Notes: generated by a model not told the origin, from the sequence alone. Positions 1 to 9,767 are shown, numbered from the stretch's first letter. The stretch: 64,000 nt of DNA from an uncultured Candidatus Saccharibacteria bacterium (GCA_964468825.1 CAYXWO010000001.1:3234-67233), one strand, 5' to 3'. Program-made: numbers and translations.

Positions 1-462
1 GTCATCAAGAGTTTGCTTTTCTTCGTCAGTAAGTTCATACGTACTCTTGTAGTTTTGGACTGGCTTTGCGAATGTGCTCATCCTGTCGTGTGCATGTAGG
101 GAAGATACGACGACACCGTTCCCTCTTTCATTAACAAAGGCAATTGAGAAGCTTTGGTTGGAACTATTAGTGTCGAATGCTTTGTAACGAACAGTCTGAG
201 TGTTACGAAGTGAGTGGGACACTTTTTCTTCTAAGATGAGCGCATGCTTTGAGATGAGCTCATTACGTTCTTCTATCTTTGTTATCCCGTCAACACAGCT
301 CCTAATCACTTCCTCAAGCGATGATGAAGTCTTACCTCTTGTGAAGCGATAGATCTTATGATGAAGGTACGCCGTGTAAAGGAGAAGCAGTATGAGTGAT
401 GTACCAAGCGGGATGGTAGGGTTCTCTATAATAAAGGTGAGAAAAGGGGAAAGGGTTTGCAT
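1..462 (-). CDS. sensor histidine kinase, N-terminal part (partial; runs off the window start)
   Basis: By-eye minus-strand translation from ATG at 462-460 is open to position 1. It has an N-terminal TM helix and an H-box-like 'VSHSLRNT' (cf. HisKA 'SHELRTP'). The track ORF 356..547(-) is an overlapping out-of-frame artefact. Confidence 0.4.
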   Translation of the reverse strand, partial: MQTLSPFLTFIIENPTIPLGTSLILLLLYTAYLHHKIYRFTRGKTSSSLEEVIRSCVDGITKIEERNELISKHALILEEKVSHSLRNTQTVRYKAFDTNSSNQSFSIAFVNERGNGVVVSSLHAHDRMSTFAKPVQNYKSTYELTDEEKQTLDD

Positions 463-550
463 AAACAAAGATAGGTGAAAATGAGTATAGCAGTGGAGTG
501 GTGATATGAGCCAGGGGAAAGACACCGCTGTAGCTAGGTCTACTCAATCC

Positions 551-578
551 TTGACAATAATCAATAAAATGTTATACT
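551..578 (+). promoter_or_regulatory. sigma70-like promoter (TTGACA-16nt-TATACT) of GC-rich cassette
   Basis: TTGACA at 551-556 and TATACT at 573-578, followed by GGAG and ATG at 618. Confidence 0.4.
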
Positions 579-617
579 ATTAAAACGGTCATGTGACCGT
601 GCATCTAGGAGAAATCC

Positions 618-788
618 ATGCGCTCCCGTTCCCCCTTCGTTGTTTCGGTTCCGTCCGTCGCGCAAGGCAGCAGCCATGGGCCGCCCTTCAGCAACATGAG
701 TGAAGCAAGCTACAACCCCCTGGGCGGCGCCCGCTGCGGCCTGGCCGATTTCAAGAAGACCTGCTGGAAGGCCGGCGCCCGCACCTGA
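618..788 (+). CDS. small hypothetical protein (56 aa), GC-rich foreign cassette
   Basis: ORF MRSRSPFVVSVPSVAQGSSHGPPFSNMSEASYNPLGGARCGLADFKKTCWKAGART, preceded by SD GGAG and a consensus promoter. It is below the 60-aa track cutoff. Confidence 0.3.
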   Translation: MRSRSPFVVSVPSVAQGSSHGPPFSNMSEASYNPLGGARCGLADFKKTCWKAGART

Positions 789-1161
789 ACGCGCGGCCGC
801 GGCCTGTCGGACTGGATGTCCAGAAAAACGCTTCGCTGCAACAATCTGTGAAGCGACCTCAGGACACCTTCCGACTACTCTCGGACCCCAGGCAAGTGTT
901 GCCTGCGGCCAACCAACCAAGGAGACTGAACACATGGTGCGATACCGCATCCGTCAGCTTTGCTGGCGATCCTCGATCGGCGCTCACCCGTGAGCCGCGA
1001 CGGTGCTAACAGGATGTCCTGTTAGCATTAACCAAAAAGGAGACAAATCCCCGAAGCCTTAAGCTTAGTCAGCGAGTAACATCGCCAAGACGGGGCTGAC
1101 AGGTTGGTAGCCACATTCGTCGTGAAAGCGACGAGGCCAAAAACAATACCCCCACGACGAA

Positions 1162-1190
1162 GGCCCGGAGAACCCGGGCCTTTTTTCTTT
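1162..1190 (+). terminator. rho-independent terminator (GGCCCGG-agaa-CCCGGGCC + T6)
   Basis: GC hairpin followed by a T-run. Confidence 0.6.
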
Positions 1191-1384
1191 TCCTGTATTA
1201 CGTAAACTGTAATATTTATTCATACTGTGCATAACTCTTGTTTTTTATAGAACGAAAATGATAGGCTTATGAATAGCAGGAGAAGGAGGAATCCAACTCA
1301 TGCCCGTGGAGATGAACGATCGGTTCACCTTACGGTGCATCGCTCTTTCGTTTTCAACTTCATCATTCTCACAGGAGACCCTCC

Positions 1385-1756
1385 ATGAAGAAACTGAGGC
1401 TTACCCTGGCAGCTTTCGCTGCCATCGCCCTGACCGGTACCGCTTTGGCCGCTTCAGCCGCAACGTTCGACGCCAAGACCGCGCCGCTCGCCGCCAACGC
1501 CAAGACCGCCGCGACGTTCACGCTGCATCCCTCCCTGTCCTCAACCGACTTCCAGGTGCTGTCCACCAAGGCCAAGAAGCCTTCCATGATCGCCGTGAAT
1601 GCAACGCCGTTCCCGTCGACCGTCGCCGACGGCGCACAAGACCTGGGCAAGATCGTCGCCAACGGTGGCACGCTGCAACTGCCGAACGGGCAAGTCCTGA
1701 TGAAGGCCTCCGACGCCGGCCGCGCTGGCTTGGCGCTCGGTCGCGCCGCAGGCTGA
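1385..1756 (+). CDS. small secreted protein (signal peptide), ~70% GC, foreign composition
   Basis: N-terminus MKKLRLTLAAFAAIALTGTALA-ASA looks like a signal peptide. SD AGGAGA sits 6 nt upstream. The 1300..1857 frame is Arg-rich and likely the wrong frame. Confidence 0.5.
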   Translation: MKKLRLTLAAFAAIALTGTALAASAATFDAKTAPLAANAKTAATFTLHPSLSSTDFQVLSTKAKKPSMIAVNATPFPSTVADGAQDLGKIVANGGTLQLPNGQVLMKASDAGRAGLALGRAAG

Positions 1757-1791
1757 CGCTGGGCAAGAATGGGCGTATGTCGCCCAACCAG

Positions 1792-1843
1792 CCGGATTCC
1801 AAACCCCTTCAACGGGAACGGAGTCCGGCTGTTTTGTTTTTCT
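1792..1843 (+). terminator. intrinsic terminator after secreted-protein ORF
   Basis: CCGGATTCC...GGAGTCCGG stem followed by a T-rich run. Confidence 0.45.
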
Positions 1844-1845
1844 GT

Positions 1846-1886
1846 ATTAACTATTAACCAGTAACTACTACCTAGTAACAGATCTC
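1846..1886 (+). promoter_or_regulatory. tandem heptad 'ATTAAC/AGTAAC-N' repeats upstream of TAGAGT-6nt-ATG
   Basis: ATTAACt ATTAACc AGTAACt ACTACCt AGTAAC. See finding. Confidence 0.35.
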
Positions 1887-1903
1887 CGTGTTAGAGTATT
1901 TTT

Positions 1904-3178
1904 ATGTTACAAAATCTTTTTAATAAGAAGCAGAAGAGAATCTATTTAGATAACGCAGGGGCAACTGAAATAGGAGAGCGCGCGAAGCGCGCTCTCCTCG
2001 AGGCTCTCGCAACATATGGAAACCCTTCTGGTATTCATAAGGAGGGGGCGGAGGCCAGTGTGCTTTTAGATAAAGCTCGCGCAATGTGTGCGACAGAGAT
2101 TAACGCACATGCATATGAGGTATATTTCGTGAGCTCAGGAACCGAGTCATGTAATTTAGCTATTCTTGGTACGTATTTCTCATTTTCTAAAAACGTAAAA
2201 CTTAAAACCGAAAACTCACCACTCCCTCATATCATTACCTCTTCTATTGAGCATCCTGCGATTCTCGAACCGATAAAAAGTCTAGAGAAAGAAGGAAAAA
2301 TCTCTGTCACATATTTACCTGTGTACGAAGATGGTATAGTCAAAGTGAGAGATGTTCGTGAAGCATTACGAGCAGAGACTATTTTAGTGAGTGTGATGTA
2401 TGCCAATAACGAAATAGGAACTATTCAGCCAGTAAAAGAAATTGGTCGTGCAATTGATGAGTGGAAAAAAGAAAATGAGAAGTCTTTCACAGAGTACCCA
2501 TACTTCCATACTGATGCATGTCAGGCAGCAAATTACTGTAACTTAGATGTGCTTCGTCTTAAGTGCCATCTCATGACAGTTAATAGTAGTAAGTGCTATG
2601 GTCCAAAAGGTTCAGCGCTTTTATATAAAAGAGAAGGAATAAGCCTTGACCCTGTCACATACGGTGGTGGGCAAGAGCGCACGCTCAGAAGTGGAACTGA
2701 GAATGTTTCAAGCGCATATGCGTTCGGTATCGCTTTAAAAGAGTCGCAGGAGATGAGAGAAAATGAAAGCGCGCGCTTACGCGCGCTTCGCGATGATGTA
2801 GTCAAAGATCTTAAGATTGCAATCCCAGAGATTATCTTCTACGGTGCGTTTGATGAGTATTCTAAGCTACCAGCTACCGCCTACAAGCTACATGCTGAAA
2901 AACGTCTCCCAAATAATATTAACTGTAGAGTTCCAGGCATCTCAAGCGAAGAGATGATTCTTCGGTTAGATGCGAAAGGTATAGCTGTCTCACACAAGAG
3001 TGCATGCGCTTCGATGGAGACTGACGGCAGTTATGTCCTTCAAGCTATTGGAACCACAGAAGATGAGGCGAAGGAAAATATTCGTATCAGTATGGGAAGG
3101 TCTACAGAAAGTAATGATATGAAGATACTTGTTGCAGCGATGAAGGAAATATCTGAGAAGTATAAGGTCATGAATTAG
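1904..3178 (+). CDS. cysteine desulfurase (class V aminotransferase, IscS/NifS family)
   Basis: Motifs SSGTES, HK..GPKG...LY, and PLP-fold layout. Confidence 0.85.
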   Translation: MLQNLFNKKQKRIYLDNAGATEIGERAKRALLEALATYGNPSGIHKEGAEASVLLDKARAMCATEINAHAYEVYFVSSGTESCNLAILGTYFSFSKNVKLKTENSPLPHIITSSIEHPAILEPIKSLEKEGKISVTYLPVYEDGIVKVRDVREALRAETILVSVMYANNEIGTIQPVKEIGRAIDEWKKENEKSFTEYPYFHTDACQAANYCNLDVLRLKCHLMTVNSSKCYGPKGSALLYKREGISLDPVTYGGGQERTLRSGTENVSSAYAFGIALKESQEMRENESARLRALRDDVVKDLKIAIPEIIFYGAFDEYSKLPATAYKLHAEKRLPNNINCRVPGISSEEMILRLDAKGIAVSHKSACASMETDGSYVLQAIGTTEDEAKENIRISMGRSTESNDMKILVAAMKEISEKYKVMN

Positions 3179-3213
3179 TTGTTAAGCCACGTTTGATTAT
3201 ATACTCCTACCAT

Positions 3214-3774
3214 ATGTATACAGCAAAAGTTTTTTCACATTTATTAGGTTTACCTGGACTAAGTGACGCACTCCTTAGCAATCACTTCACCCTCTATCAG
3301 GGGTATGTCACTAATACGAATAAGTTAGTTGAACAGATGAAGGTTATGGAACCGGGGACTCCAGAATACGCGGAACTTCATCGACGTTTTGGGTGGGAGT
3401 GGAATGGTATGAGACTACACGAGCTTTATTTTGAAAATATTGCTAAGCATGGAGTCGCACTCAGTGAGCGCACGCTTAAGCAGAAGATGGTTGCCACATG
3501 GGGAACCTATGAACAATGGGAAAAAGAATTCCGTGGAATAGCAGCTATGCGTGGTGTAGGGTGGGTGATACTTGCTCATGACAAGAAGGACGGGAAGCTT
3601 TTCAATGTTTGGGTTGCAGAGCATGATGGTGGGCATCTGGCAGGGCTTACACCAGTTCTCGTAATGGATGTATGGGAACATGCGTTCATGCTTGATTATG
3701 GTATCAAGCGCGCTGACTATATTAATACTTTCATGGGTGCTATTGATTGGCACGCTGCGGAGGAGAGAATCTAA
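3214..3774 (+). CDS. sodA: Fe/Mn superoxide dismutase family protein (divergent N-terminus)
   Basis: C-terminal DVWEHAFMLDYG...W motif and 'LHELYF' (His81 region). The segment carrying the first His ligand (EIHHTKHH) appears deleted. Start chosen at the second ATG, 8 nt after TATACT. Confidence 0.7.
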   Translation: MYTAKVFSHLLGLPGLSDALLSNHFTLYQGYVTNTNKLVEQMKVMEPGTPEYAELHRRFGWEWNGMRLHELYFENIAKHGVALSERTLKQKMVATWGTYEQWEKEFRGIAAMRGVGWVILAHDKKDGKLFNVWVAEHDGGHLAGLTPVLVMDVWEHAFMLDYGIKRADYINTFMGAIDWHAAEERI

Positions 3775-3812
3775 GGACGTGTTGTAGGACTTGCTTTAGA
3801 TACTTAGATAAG

Positions 3813-3848
3813 TAAAGAAAGCGGCGCCTACGGCGCCGCTTTCTTCAT
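3813..3848 (+). terminator. intrinsic terminator (AGCGGCGCC-tac-GGCGCCGCT)
   Basis: Perfect GC hairpin with flanking A/T runs. Confidence 0.6.
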
Positions 3849-3990
3849 GTTGACTTTCGCTCTCTATTTGTTAGAACTAATATATACCGTCCCGAAAGAA
3901 ATACCGCTTATCCACCACGACTGAAGTACCGAAAACTGCTACACTGTACATGTATTTGAAATATATGTTATTGGTTTTTTGTATGTATCA

Positions 3991-4022
3991 CTAATTACTA
4001 TTAACCATTAACTATTAACTGT
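3991..4022 (+). promoter_or_regulatory. tandem heptad 'ATTAAC-N' repeats upstream of clpB
   Basis: AATTACt ATTAACc ATTAACt ATTAACt. Confidence 0.35.
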
Positions 4023-4026
4023 ATTT

Positions 4027-6726
4027 ATGCCTCCGTTTAACAATTTTACAACCAAAGCAAAAGAGGTGATTCGTCGCGCCCATGAGCTTGCTATTGAGCG
4101 CGGGCAGAACCAAGTTAGCCCACTTCATTTGATGGGTGCACTTCTCACGCAAGAGGAGTCTCTTGTTCATGCGATACTTGAAAAACTTGAAGTTGACCTC
4201 ATTTTACTTACTGACACCGTGGTTGATGCAATTGAGGTGCCTGGTTCTTCTCAGACGATGAGTCCGTCATACCAGATGTATCTCACACCAGACCTCGCAA
4301 CAACTTTTGAAAATTCACTCAAGGTGGCGCAATCCTTCAGTGATGAGTTCGTGTCCACAGAACATCTTTTCCTGGCGCTCCTTGATTCTTCAGGACAGAT
4401 CCGAGAGATACTTTCTAGATTCCGTATCGACAAGGATCAGGCTTATCATATATTAGATGAGCTACGTACTCAGAACATTACTGAAGCAACTAGTCCAAAG
4501 AAAAATAAAGCTCTTCAGAAGTACACACGCAATTTCACAGATATGGCGCGTCAGGACAAGCTAGATCCAGTAATTGGTCGTGATACAGAAATCATGCGTC
4601 TCATGCAGATACTCTCTAGGCGTACCAAGAATAATCCGATACTTATCGGTGAAGCAGGAACTGGTAAGACTGCTGTAGTAGAAGGTCTTGCTATCCGTAT
4701 GGCAAAGGGTGATGTGCCAGAAAGTCTTAAAGGTAAAGAGCTCGTGTCTCTAGACCTCGGAATGCTTATTGCGGGGACAAAGTTTAGAGGAGAATTCGAA
4801 GAACGCCTAAAGGCTATCATGAAAGAGATTGAGCGCTCAGAAGGTGGCATTATTCTTTTTATTGATGAGATTCATACTATCGTAGGAGCAGGGGCAACAG
4901 AAGGCTCAGCTGACGCCGCGAACCTTCTTAAGCCCGCACTTTCTCGTGGAGAACTACGCGCGATTGGCGCAACTACTCTTAAAGAGTATCAGAAGCATAT
5001 CGAGAAGGACCCAGCGCTCGCTCGTCGTTTTCAGCCAGTGTTTGTTGAAGAACCGACAGAAGAAGACGCTCTCGCTATTTTAAGAGGACTCAAAGAAAAG
5101 TATGAACTCTTCCACGGTGTTCGTATTACAGATGACGCACTTGTCTCTGCTGTTAACCTCTCGACTCGTTATATTACTTCAAGATTCTTACCAGATAAGG
5201 CAATTGACTTAGTGGATGAAGCTGCGTCATCTCTTCGTATTGCTCTAGAGAACAAGCCTCCGATTCTTGAAGAGGCTCACCGAAGAATAATGCGTTTAGA
5301 AATTGAAAAGGAAGCCCTTTCAAAGGAACTTCTTAGTGCTGATGACAAGGATGACAAAGCAAACACTAAGGCGCGTATCAAGGTTATAGATGAAGAAATC
5401 GCTAACGTGAAAGAGAAGACCAGAGAGCTTGAACTCAAATGGAAGAATGAGAAGAAGACGCTTGCTGAGATTGGTGAGATAAAAAAGTCGCTCGAATCTT
5501 TGCGTACTGAAGCCGAGAATGCAGAGCTGCGCGCAGACCTTACCCGTGTAGCTGAAATTCGTTATGGTCAGATTCCGGAACTTACAAAAGAGTTGAACGA
5601 TAGACTCGAACGTCTTAAGAAGCTTCAAAAGACTCGTCGCATTCTTAAGGAAGAAGTAACAGAAGAAGACATAGCATCTGTAGTTGCTCGCTGGACGGGC
5701 ATCCCTGTGGTGAAGATGCTCGAAGAAGAGGAAGAGAAACTTTCACGCATGGAAGATGAGCTACAGAAGCGTGTAGTGAGTCAACGTGACGCAATCACTA
5801 AGATATCAGACGCAGTTCGTAGAAGCCGCGCTGGAATCAATGACCCAGATAGACCTATTGGATCGTTCATGTTTCTTGGTCCAACTGGCGTTGGTAAGAC
5901 TGAACTTACAAAGGCCCTTGCTTCGTTTATGTTTAACGATGAGAAGGCACTTATCAAAGTGGATATGAGTGAGTATATGGAGAAGCATTCAACGTCTAAA
6001 CTTATTGGCTCACCTCCTGGGTATGTTGGTCATGATGAGTCAGGGCAACTCACAGAAGCTGTGCGTCATAGGCCATATTCAGTTATTCTTTTTGATGAAG
6101 TGGAAAAAGCTCACCCGGAGGTATTTAATCTGCTTCTTCAGGTATTAGATGAAGGACGTCTCACAGATAGTAAGGGGCGTGTTGCTAACTTCAAGAATAC
6201 AGTTATCATTATGACCTCTAATATCGGAAGTCAGTATATCCAAAAGATGGAACAGATGGGCTTTAGTAATGTAGAAGTTGGTAATGAGTACGCACAGGTG
6301 AAAGACAAGGTGATGGATGCGGTCAAGGAATTCTTTAAGCCTGAGTTTCTAAATCGCCTCGATGAAACTATTGTCTTTGATGTTCTGACGAAAGATGAGA
6401 TAAAGAAAATTGTTGGTCTTCAGACAGAAATTCTCGCTAAACGTCTTCTTGAAAAAGAAATCACTTTAACTGTAAGCCCTGAGGCTGTGACCTTTATCGG
6501 AGAGAAGTCATTTGACCCTCATTATGGAGCTCGTCCGATTAAGAGATACATGCAGACAGCTATCTTAAACAAGATCGCGCAGCTCATGCTCTCTAAGAAG
6601 ATTACTAAAGGTGGGATAGCAGAGGTAACGCTAGATAAGAAAGGTGAGATAACTGTCGAAGCAAAGAAAGCAAAGAAGATTCCTAGTCCACTCACGAAAG
6701 AGGAGGTGGTGAAGGAGAGGAAGTAA
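4027..6726 (+). CDS. clpB: ATP-dependent chaperone ClpB
   Basis: Two AAA+ modules ([15 protein letters not shown]; [15 protein letters not shown]), a middle coiled-coil, and the Clp N-domain. Confidence 0.9.
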   Translation: MPPFNNFTTKAKEVIRRAHELAIERGQNQVSPLHLMGALLTQEESLVHAILEKLEVDLILLTDTVVDAIEVPGSSQTMSPSYQMYLTPDLATTFENSLKVAQSFSDEFVSTEHLFLALLDSSGQIREILSRFRIDKDQAYHILDELRTQNITEATSPKKNKALQKYTRNFTDMARQDKLDPVIGRDTEIMRLMQILSRRTKNNPILIGEAGTGKTAVVEGLAIRMAKGDVPESLKGKELVSLDLGMLIAGTKFRGEFEERLKAIMKEIERSEGGIILFIDEIHTIVGAGATEGSADAANLLKPALSRGELRAIGATTLKEYQKHIEKDPALARRFQPVFVEEPTEEDALAILRGLKEKYELFHGVRITDDALVSAVNLSTRYITSRFLPDKAIDLVDEAASSLRIALENKPPILEEAHRRIMRLEIEKEALSKELLSADDKDDKANTKARIKVIDEEIANVKEKTRELELKWKNEKKTLAEIGEIKKSLESLRTEAENAELRADLTRVAEIRYGQIPELTKELNDRLERLKKLQKTRRILKEEVTEEDIASVVARWTGIPVVKMLEEEEEKLSRMEDELQKRVVSQRDAITKISDAVRRSRAGINDPDRPIGSFMFLGPTGVGKTELTKALASFMFNDEKALIKVDMSEYMEKHSTSKLIGSPPGYVGHDESGQLTEAVRHRPYSVILFDEVEKAHPEVFNLLLQVLDEGRLTDSKGRVANFKNTVIIMTSNIGSQYIQKMEQMGFSNVEVGNEYAQVKDKVMDAVKEFFKPEFLNRLDETIVFDVLTKDEIKKIVGLQTEILAKRLLEKEITLTVSPEAVTFIGEKSFDPHYGARPIKRYMQTAILNKIAQLMLSKKITKGGIAEVTLDKKGEITVEAKKAKKIPSPLTKEEVVKERK

Positions 6727-6766
6727 GTTACTAGACCTAGTTACTAGCTGTTAGTGAATATCAAAA

Positions 6767-6804
6767 CAAAAGAGCGGCGCCACAGGCGCCGCTCTTTTGT
6801 TTTG
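6767..6804. terminator. bidirectional intrinsic terminator (AGCGGCGCC-acag-GGCGCCGCT)
   Basis: Hairpin flanked by A-run and T-run. Same stem design as the terminator at 3813. Confidence 0.6.
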
Positions 6805-6834
6805 CCTATTTTTATGATAGAATTTTCTCTACTT

Positions 6835-6918
6835 GCGTCGGTGGTGGAGTGGTCAATCACAATAGACTGTAAATCTATCGCCCTTCGGGCTTCGCTGGTT
6901 CAAATCCAGCCCGGCGCA
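6835..6918 (+). tRNA. tRNA-Tyr (anticodon GTA), long variable arm
   Basis: Hand-folded cloverleaf: acceptor GCGTCGG/CCGGCGC, D-stem GTGG/TCAC, anticodon stem ATAGA/TCTAT with loop CTGTAAA, variable stem-loop, T-arm GCTGG-TTCAAAT-CCAGC. CCA is not encoded. Confidence 0.75.
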
Positions 6919-6921
6919 CAT

Positions 6922-6960
6922 AAAATTAAAAACATGGCCTCTTGCCATGTTTTTAATTTT
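6922..6960. terminator. perfect hairpin AAAATTAAAAACATGGC-ctctt-GCCATGTTTTTAATTTT
   Basis: 17-bp perfect inverted repeat immediately after the tRNA. Confidence 0.5.
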
Positions 6961-7122
6961 ACTTTGCTTCGGACTGGATTTGGACCGCGGCAGCAACCCG
7001 CGAAGAGCGGTTCTAGGGCAAAGCGAGAGGTTCTGTGACCAAGGTCTTGCCGAACATCGGTGAACGTAGTGAGGAGTAGAAACTGTGACCAAGTCCTACC
7101 CTCTACCTGCTATACTTCCTTC

Positions 7123-7662
7123 ATGATCAAATCTCTTATCTTAGCCGGTGGTTGCTTCTGGTGTGTTGAGCACGATCTCCGTGGCGCATTTGGCGTGCTT
7201 GAAGTACTCTCTGGTTATTCTGGAGGTAATTCCACTAATCCAACGTATGAAGAACATTTCGGACATCGCGAAGTAGTCCAGGTGTCATATGACGACACAA
7301 AGACTTCATACAAAAGACTGCTGCGGTATTTTATCGATCATATCGACCCAACAGACAGTGGTGGGCAGTTTGGTGACAGAGGGGATAGTTATAAAACTGC
7401 TATTTATTTTGAAAACGAAGAGGAAAAAAATAGTGCTCAAGAAGTAGTTAAAGAGTTAAACGATAGTCATGTTTATGACTCTCCAAGTATGATAGAAATT
7501 CTAGAACGAAAGCCATTTTATTCTGCAGAAGAGTATCATCAGAACTACGCCGAGAAGAACACGTCACATTATTATATGTACAGACAAGGGAGCGGTCGCG
7601 AAGGGTTCGTACAAAAGACCTGTCAGATTAGAGAGGAAAAGGGTATCGCCTGGAAGGAGTAG
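7123..7662 (+). CDS. msrA: peptide methionine sulfoxide reductase MsrA
   Basis: GGCFWC active-site motif. Start at the internal ATG, 6 nt after TATACT. Confidence 0.85.
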   Translation: MIKSLILAGGCFWCVEHDLRGAFGVLEVLSGYSGGNSTNPTYEEHFGHREVVQVSYDDTKTSYKRLLRYFIDHIDPTDSGGQFGDRGDSYKTAIYFENEEEKNSAQEVVKELNDSHVYDSPSMIEILERKPFYSAEEYHQNYAEKNTSHYYMYRQGSGREGFVQKTCQIREEKGIAWKE

Positions 7663-7724
7663 CAGGTCTTGCGAGTCAATTTAAGTAATGACCACGCGAA
7701 AAAGCTTCGCTTTTTCGCGTGGTA

Positions 7725-7757
7725 CACTAGTAACCATTAACGAGTAACTACAACTAT
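7725..7757 (+). promoter_or_regulatory. tandem heptad repeats AGTAACc ATTAACg AGTAACt
   Basis: Located upstream of the ORF at 7763. Confidence 0.3.
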
Positions 7758-7762
7758 TCTCC

Positions 7763-8308
7763 ATGCGTATCGCTGTAATCGGTCCACAAAATACAGGCAA
7801 GTCGACTTTTATTCAGGATTTTCTCAAGGAGTTTCCTCACTATGTTGCACTTGATAAAACATATCGAGATGTCGTTACAGAAGGTAACTTAGAAATAAAC
7901 CAGCAAACCACCACAGAAAGTCAAAAAGCAATCCGAGACTTTATGTTCGGTCAGTTGCGTCATAATACCGAGTACAATGTTATTTTCGATCGCTGCTTGA
8001 TAGACAACTTTGTTTATACATGTCTACAACATGAACAAGGCACTATCCCAAAGTGGTTCGTAGATGAGAGTGAGGCTATGATGCGGGACACACTTCAGAG
8101 CGTGGACTTGTATCTTTTTATTCCAACAGCTGTTTCAGTTCCGCTTGTTAACGATGAGCTTCGAGACATCGACACTTCATTTATTGATGCAACCAATACA
8201 CAGTTCTTAAGGATTCTATTTGAGCTCGTCCGCTCAAATAACATAACAGTAAAAGTTATATCTGGTTCTCGTAAAGAGAGAATAGAGCAAGTGAAGAAGC
8301 TCGTCTAA
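7763..8308 (+). CDS. P-loop ATPase/kinase (AAA_28, NadR-like kinase domain family)
   Basis: Walker A 'IAVIGPQNTGKSTF' plus a hydrophobic Walker B-like region. Confidence 0.5.
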   Translation: MRIAVIGPQNTGKSTFIQDFLKEFPHYVALDKTYRDVVTEGNLEINQQTTTESQKAIRDFMFGQLRHNTEYNVIFDRCLIDNFVYTCLQHEQGTIPKWFVDESEAMMRDTLQSVDLYLFIPTAVSVPLVNDELRDIDTSFIDATNTQFLRILFELVRSNNITVKVISGSRKERIEQVKKLV

Positions 8309-8313
8309 GTAAT

Positions 8314-8919
8314 ATGTATACAATAGGTATTGATGAAGTTGGCAGAGGTCCAATCGCTGGACCAGTCGTGGTATGCGCGTGTGCTATTAAGGACGCAGTA
8401 GATATTGTTAAGTATTTCCCAAAAGGAATTTTACGTGACAGTAAGAAACTTTCTCAAAAGCAACGCCTCACAATTCTCGAAGCAATAAAGTCTCACGTAG
8501 AAACAGGTGAGATACGTTTTGGAGTTGGCGAGGTGAGCGCAGAGAGAATTGACCAGATCGGGATTGTGCCTGCTATTAAGGAGGCGATGGGTCTTGCGCT
8601 CACTATACTTCACAGCGAAGGGGTATCTAACGACTCCTTTGTGTATCTCGATGGTTCGTTACATGCACCTGAGATGTACAAGCAAGAGACAGTTATAAAG
8701 GGGGATGAAAAGATTCCCCAGATTTCACTCGCGTCTATCTTCGCCAAGGGCTATAGAGACGACCTGATGGTGGAATTATCTAAGCAGTACCCCGGTTATG
8801 GTTTTGAATCCCATGTAGGGTACGGCACGGCTGCTCATTATGAGGCATTGAAAAATAAAGGCTTTTGCACACTTCATCGTAAAACATTTCTTAAAAACTT
8901 GATTTTCGAGGGTGATTAA
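8314..8919 (+). CDS. rnhB: ribonuclease HII
   Basis: IGIDEVGRGPIAGPVV signature. Confidence 0.85.
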   Translation: MYTIGIDEVGRGPIAGPVVVCACAIKDAVDIVKYFPKGILRDSKKLSQKQRLTILEAIKSHVETGEIRFGVGEVSAERIDQIGIVPAIKEAMGLALTILHSEGVSNDSFVYLDGSLHAPEMYKQETVIKGDEKIPQISLASIFAKGYRDDLMVELSKQYPGYGFESHVGYGTAAHYEALKNKGFCTLHRKTFLKNLIFEGD

Positions 8920-8993
8920 AGAAGTTGATAAGGCAGGTAGGTTTCGGTCTCTATTTGCTATACACTAGTTAGTATCAGTATAAAAAGTATTTT

Positions 8994-9377
8994 ATGGCAT
9001 CAATTTTCACACAGATAATAAACGGCGAAATACCTGGGTACAAAATTTATGAGGACGAATACGTTTGCGCAATCCTAGACATTAATCCAATTCAGAAAGG
9101 TCACGTACTTGTTATTCCAAAGCAAGAGGCTGATCAGCTCTTTGAACTTGATGAGATGATGTTTGATAAAATGATGCACCGCGTTAGGTACATGGCTCAA
9201 GTAATAAAAGGGAAGACAGATTGTAAACGCGTCTGCGTCTTCGTGGAAGGTTACGGAGTGCCACATGTTCATGTGCACCTTGTGCCAACTAACTCCCCAG
9301 CTGACTTTGACAAGTCTCTTGTCTACGCTGCCTCCAAGGAGGAATTAGAAGAGATGCAGCAGTTACTTAAGTCGTAA
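8994..9377 (+). CDS. HIT family (histidine triad) hydrolase
   Basis: HVHVHLVP triad motif. Confidence 0.8.
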   Translation: MASIFTQIINGEIPGYKIYEDEYVCAILDINPIQKGHVLVIPKQEADQLFELDEMMFDKMMHRVRYMAQVIKGKTDCKRVCVFVEGYGVPHVHVHLVPTNSPADFDKSLVYAASKEELEEMQQLLKS

Positions 9378-9395
9378 GGCTTACACCGCCTCGTT

Positions 9396-9749
9396 ATGAA
9401 TTTTATTATTATACGAACAATTGGAGTCCTAGCTGCCAGCTATGTTACTAAAGTCGGTGTACCACTTGCCTTTGGCACGTTTGCAATTTCTTTGAGCACC
9501 GCATGGGTTGCGCTTCTCGTGGCACTCGTACTTGCGGTTATTAACCATACGATTCGTCCGATTTTCATGCTCATCTCAATACCGGTCAACCTTCTCACTC
9601 TCGGACTTTTCTCTTTCGTTATTAACGGCCTCATGATACTTCTCGCAGATAAGATTGTTCCAGAGTTCTCTGTCCCGTCGCTTCTCATGGCTATCTACTT
9701 CTCGATAGTCCTTGCAGTTATTAACTGGGTATTACATTTTTTTGAGTAG
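9396..9749 (+). CDS. DUF360 / phage-holin-4-like membrane protein
   Basis: Three or four TM helices, with a pattern resembling the YvlD/holin_4_2 family. Confidence 0.5.
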   Translation: MNFIIIRTIGVLAASYVTKVGVPLAFGTFAISLSTAWVALLVALVLAVINHTIRPIFMLISIPVNLLTLGLFSFVINGLMILLADKIVPEFSVPSLLMAIYFSIVLAVINWVLHFFE

Positions 9750-9767
9750 GAGGGTATACTGGGCGAG

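Noticed and set aside
356-547. 63-aa minus-strand ORF from the track
   Set aside because: It is overlapped out of frame by a much longer minus-strand ORF (462 down to 1, open at the window edge) that has a TM helix and a His-kinase H-box.
561-993. Track ORFs 561..950(-) (129 aa) and 700..993(+) (97 aa) in the GC-rich segment
   Set aside because: Ala/Pro/Arg-rich low-complexity translations, typical of spurious frames in high-GC DNA. They overlap the better-supported 56-aa (SD-preceded) and 19-aa ORFs. Only the 3' 19 codons of 700..993 were kept as a possible peptide.
1300-1857. 185-aa ORF with very strong SD (GGAGAAGGAGG) reading through the secreted-protein gene in another frame
   Set aside because: The product beyond the first ~28 codons is an Arg-rich wrong-frame translation. 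The in-frame 1385 start has a textbook signal peptide. The strong SD could belong to a short leader ORF, but I cannot support that.
3976-4026. CtsR-type (GGTCAAA heptad) or CIRCE/HAIR operators upstream of clpB and the dnaK operon
   Set aside because: The heptads present are AGTAAC/ATTAAC-type and also occur upstream of non-stress genes. No TTAGCACTC-N9-GAGTGCTAA or CTTGAGT-N7-ACTCAAG was found.
6961-7060. Possible second tRNA or tmRNA 3' of tRNA-Tyr
   Set aside because: I could not fold a cloverleaf. No T-loop GTTCRA or CCA-adjacent acceptor pairing.
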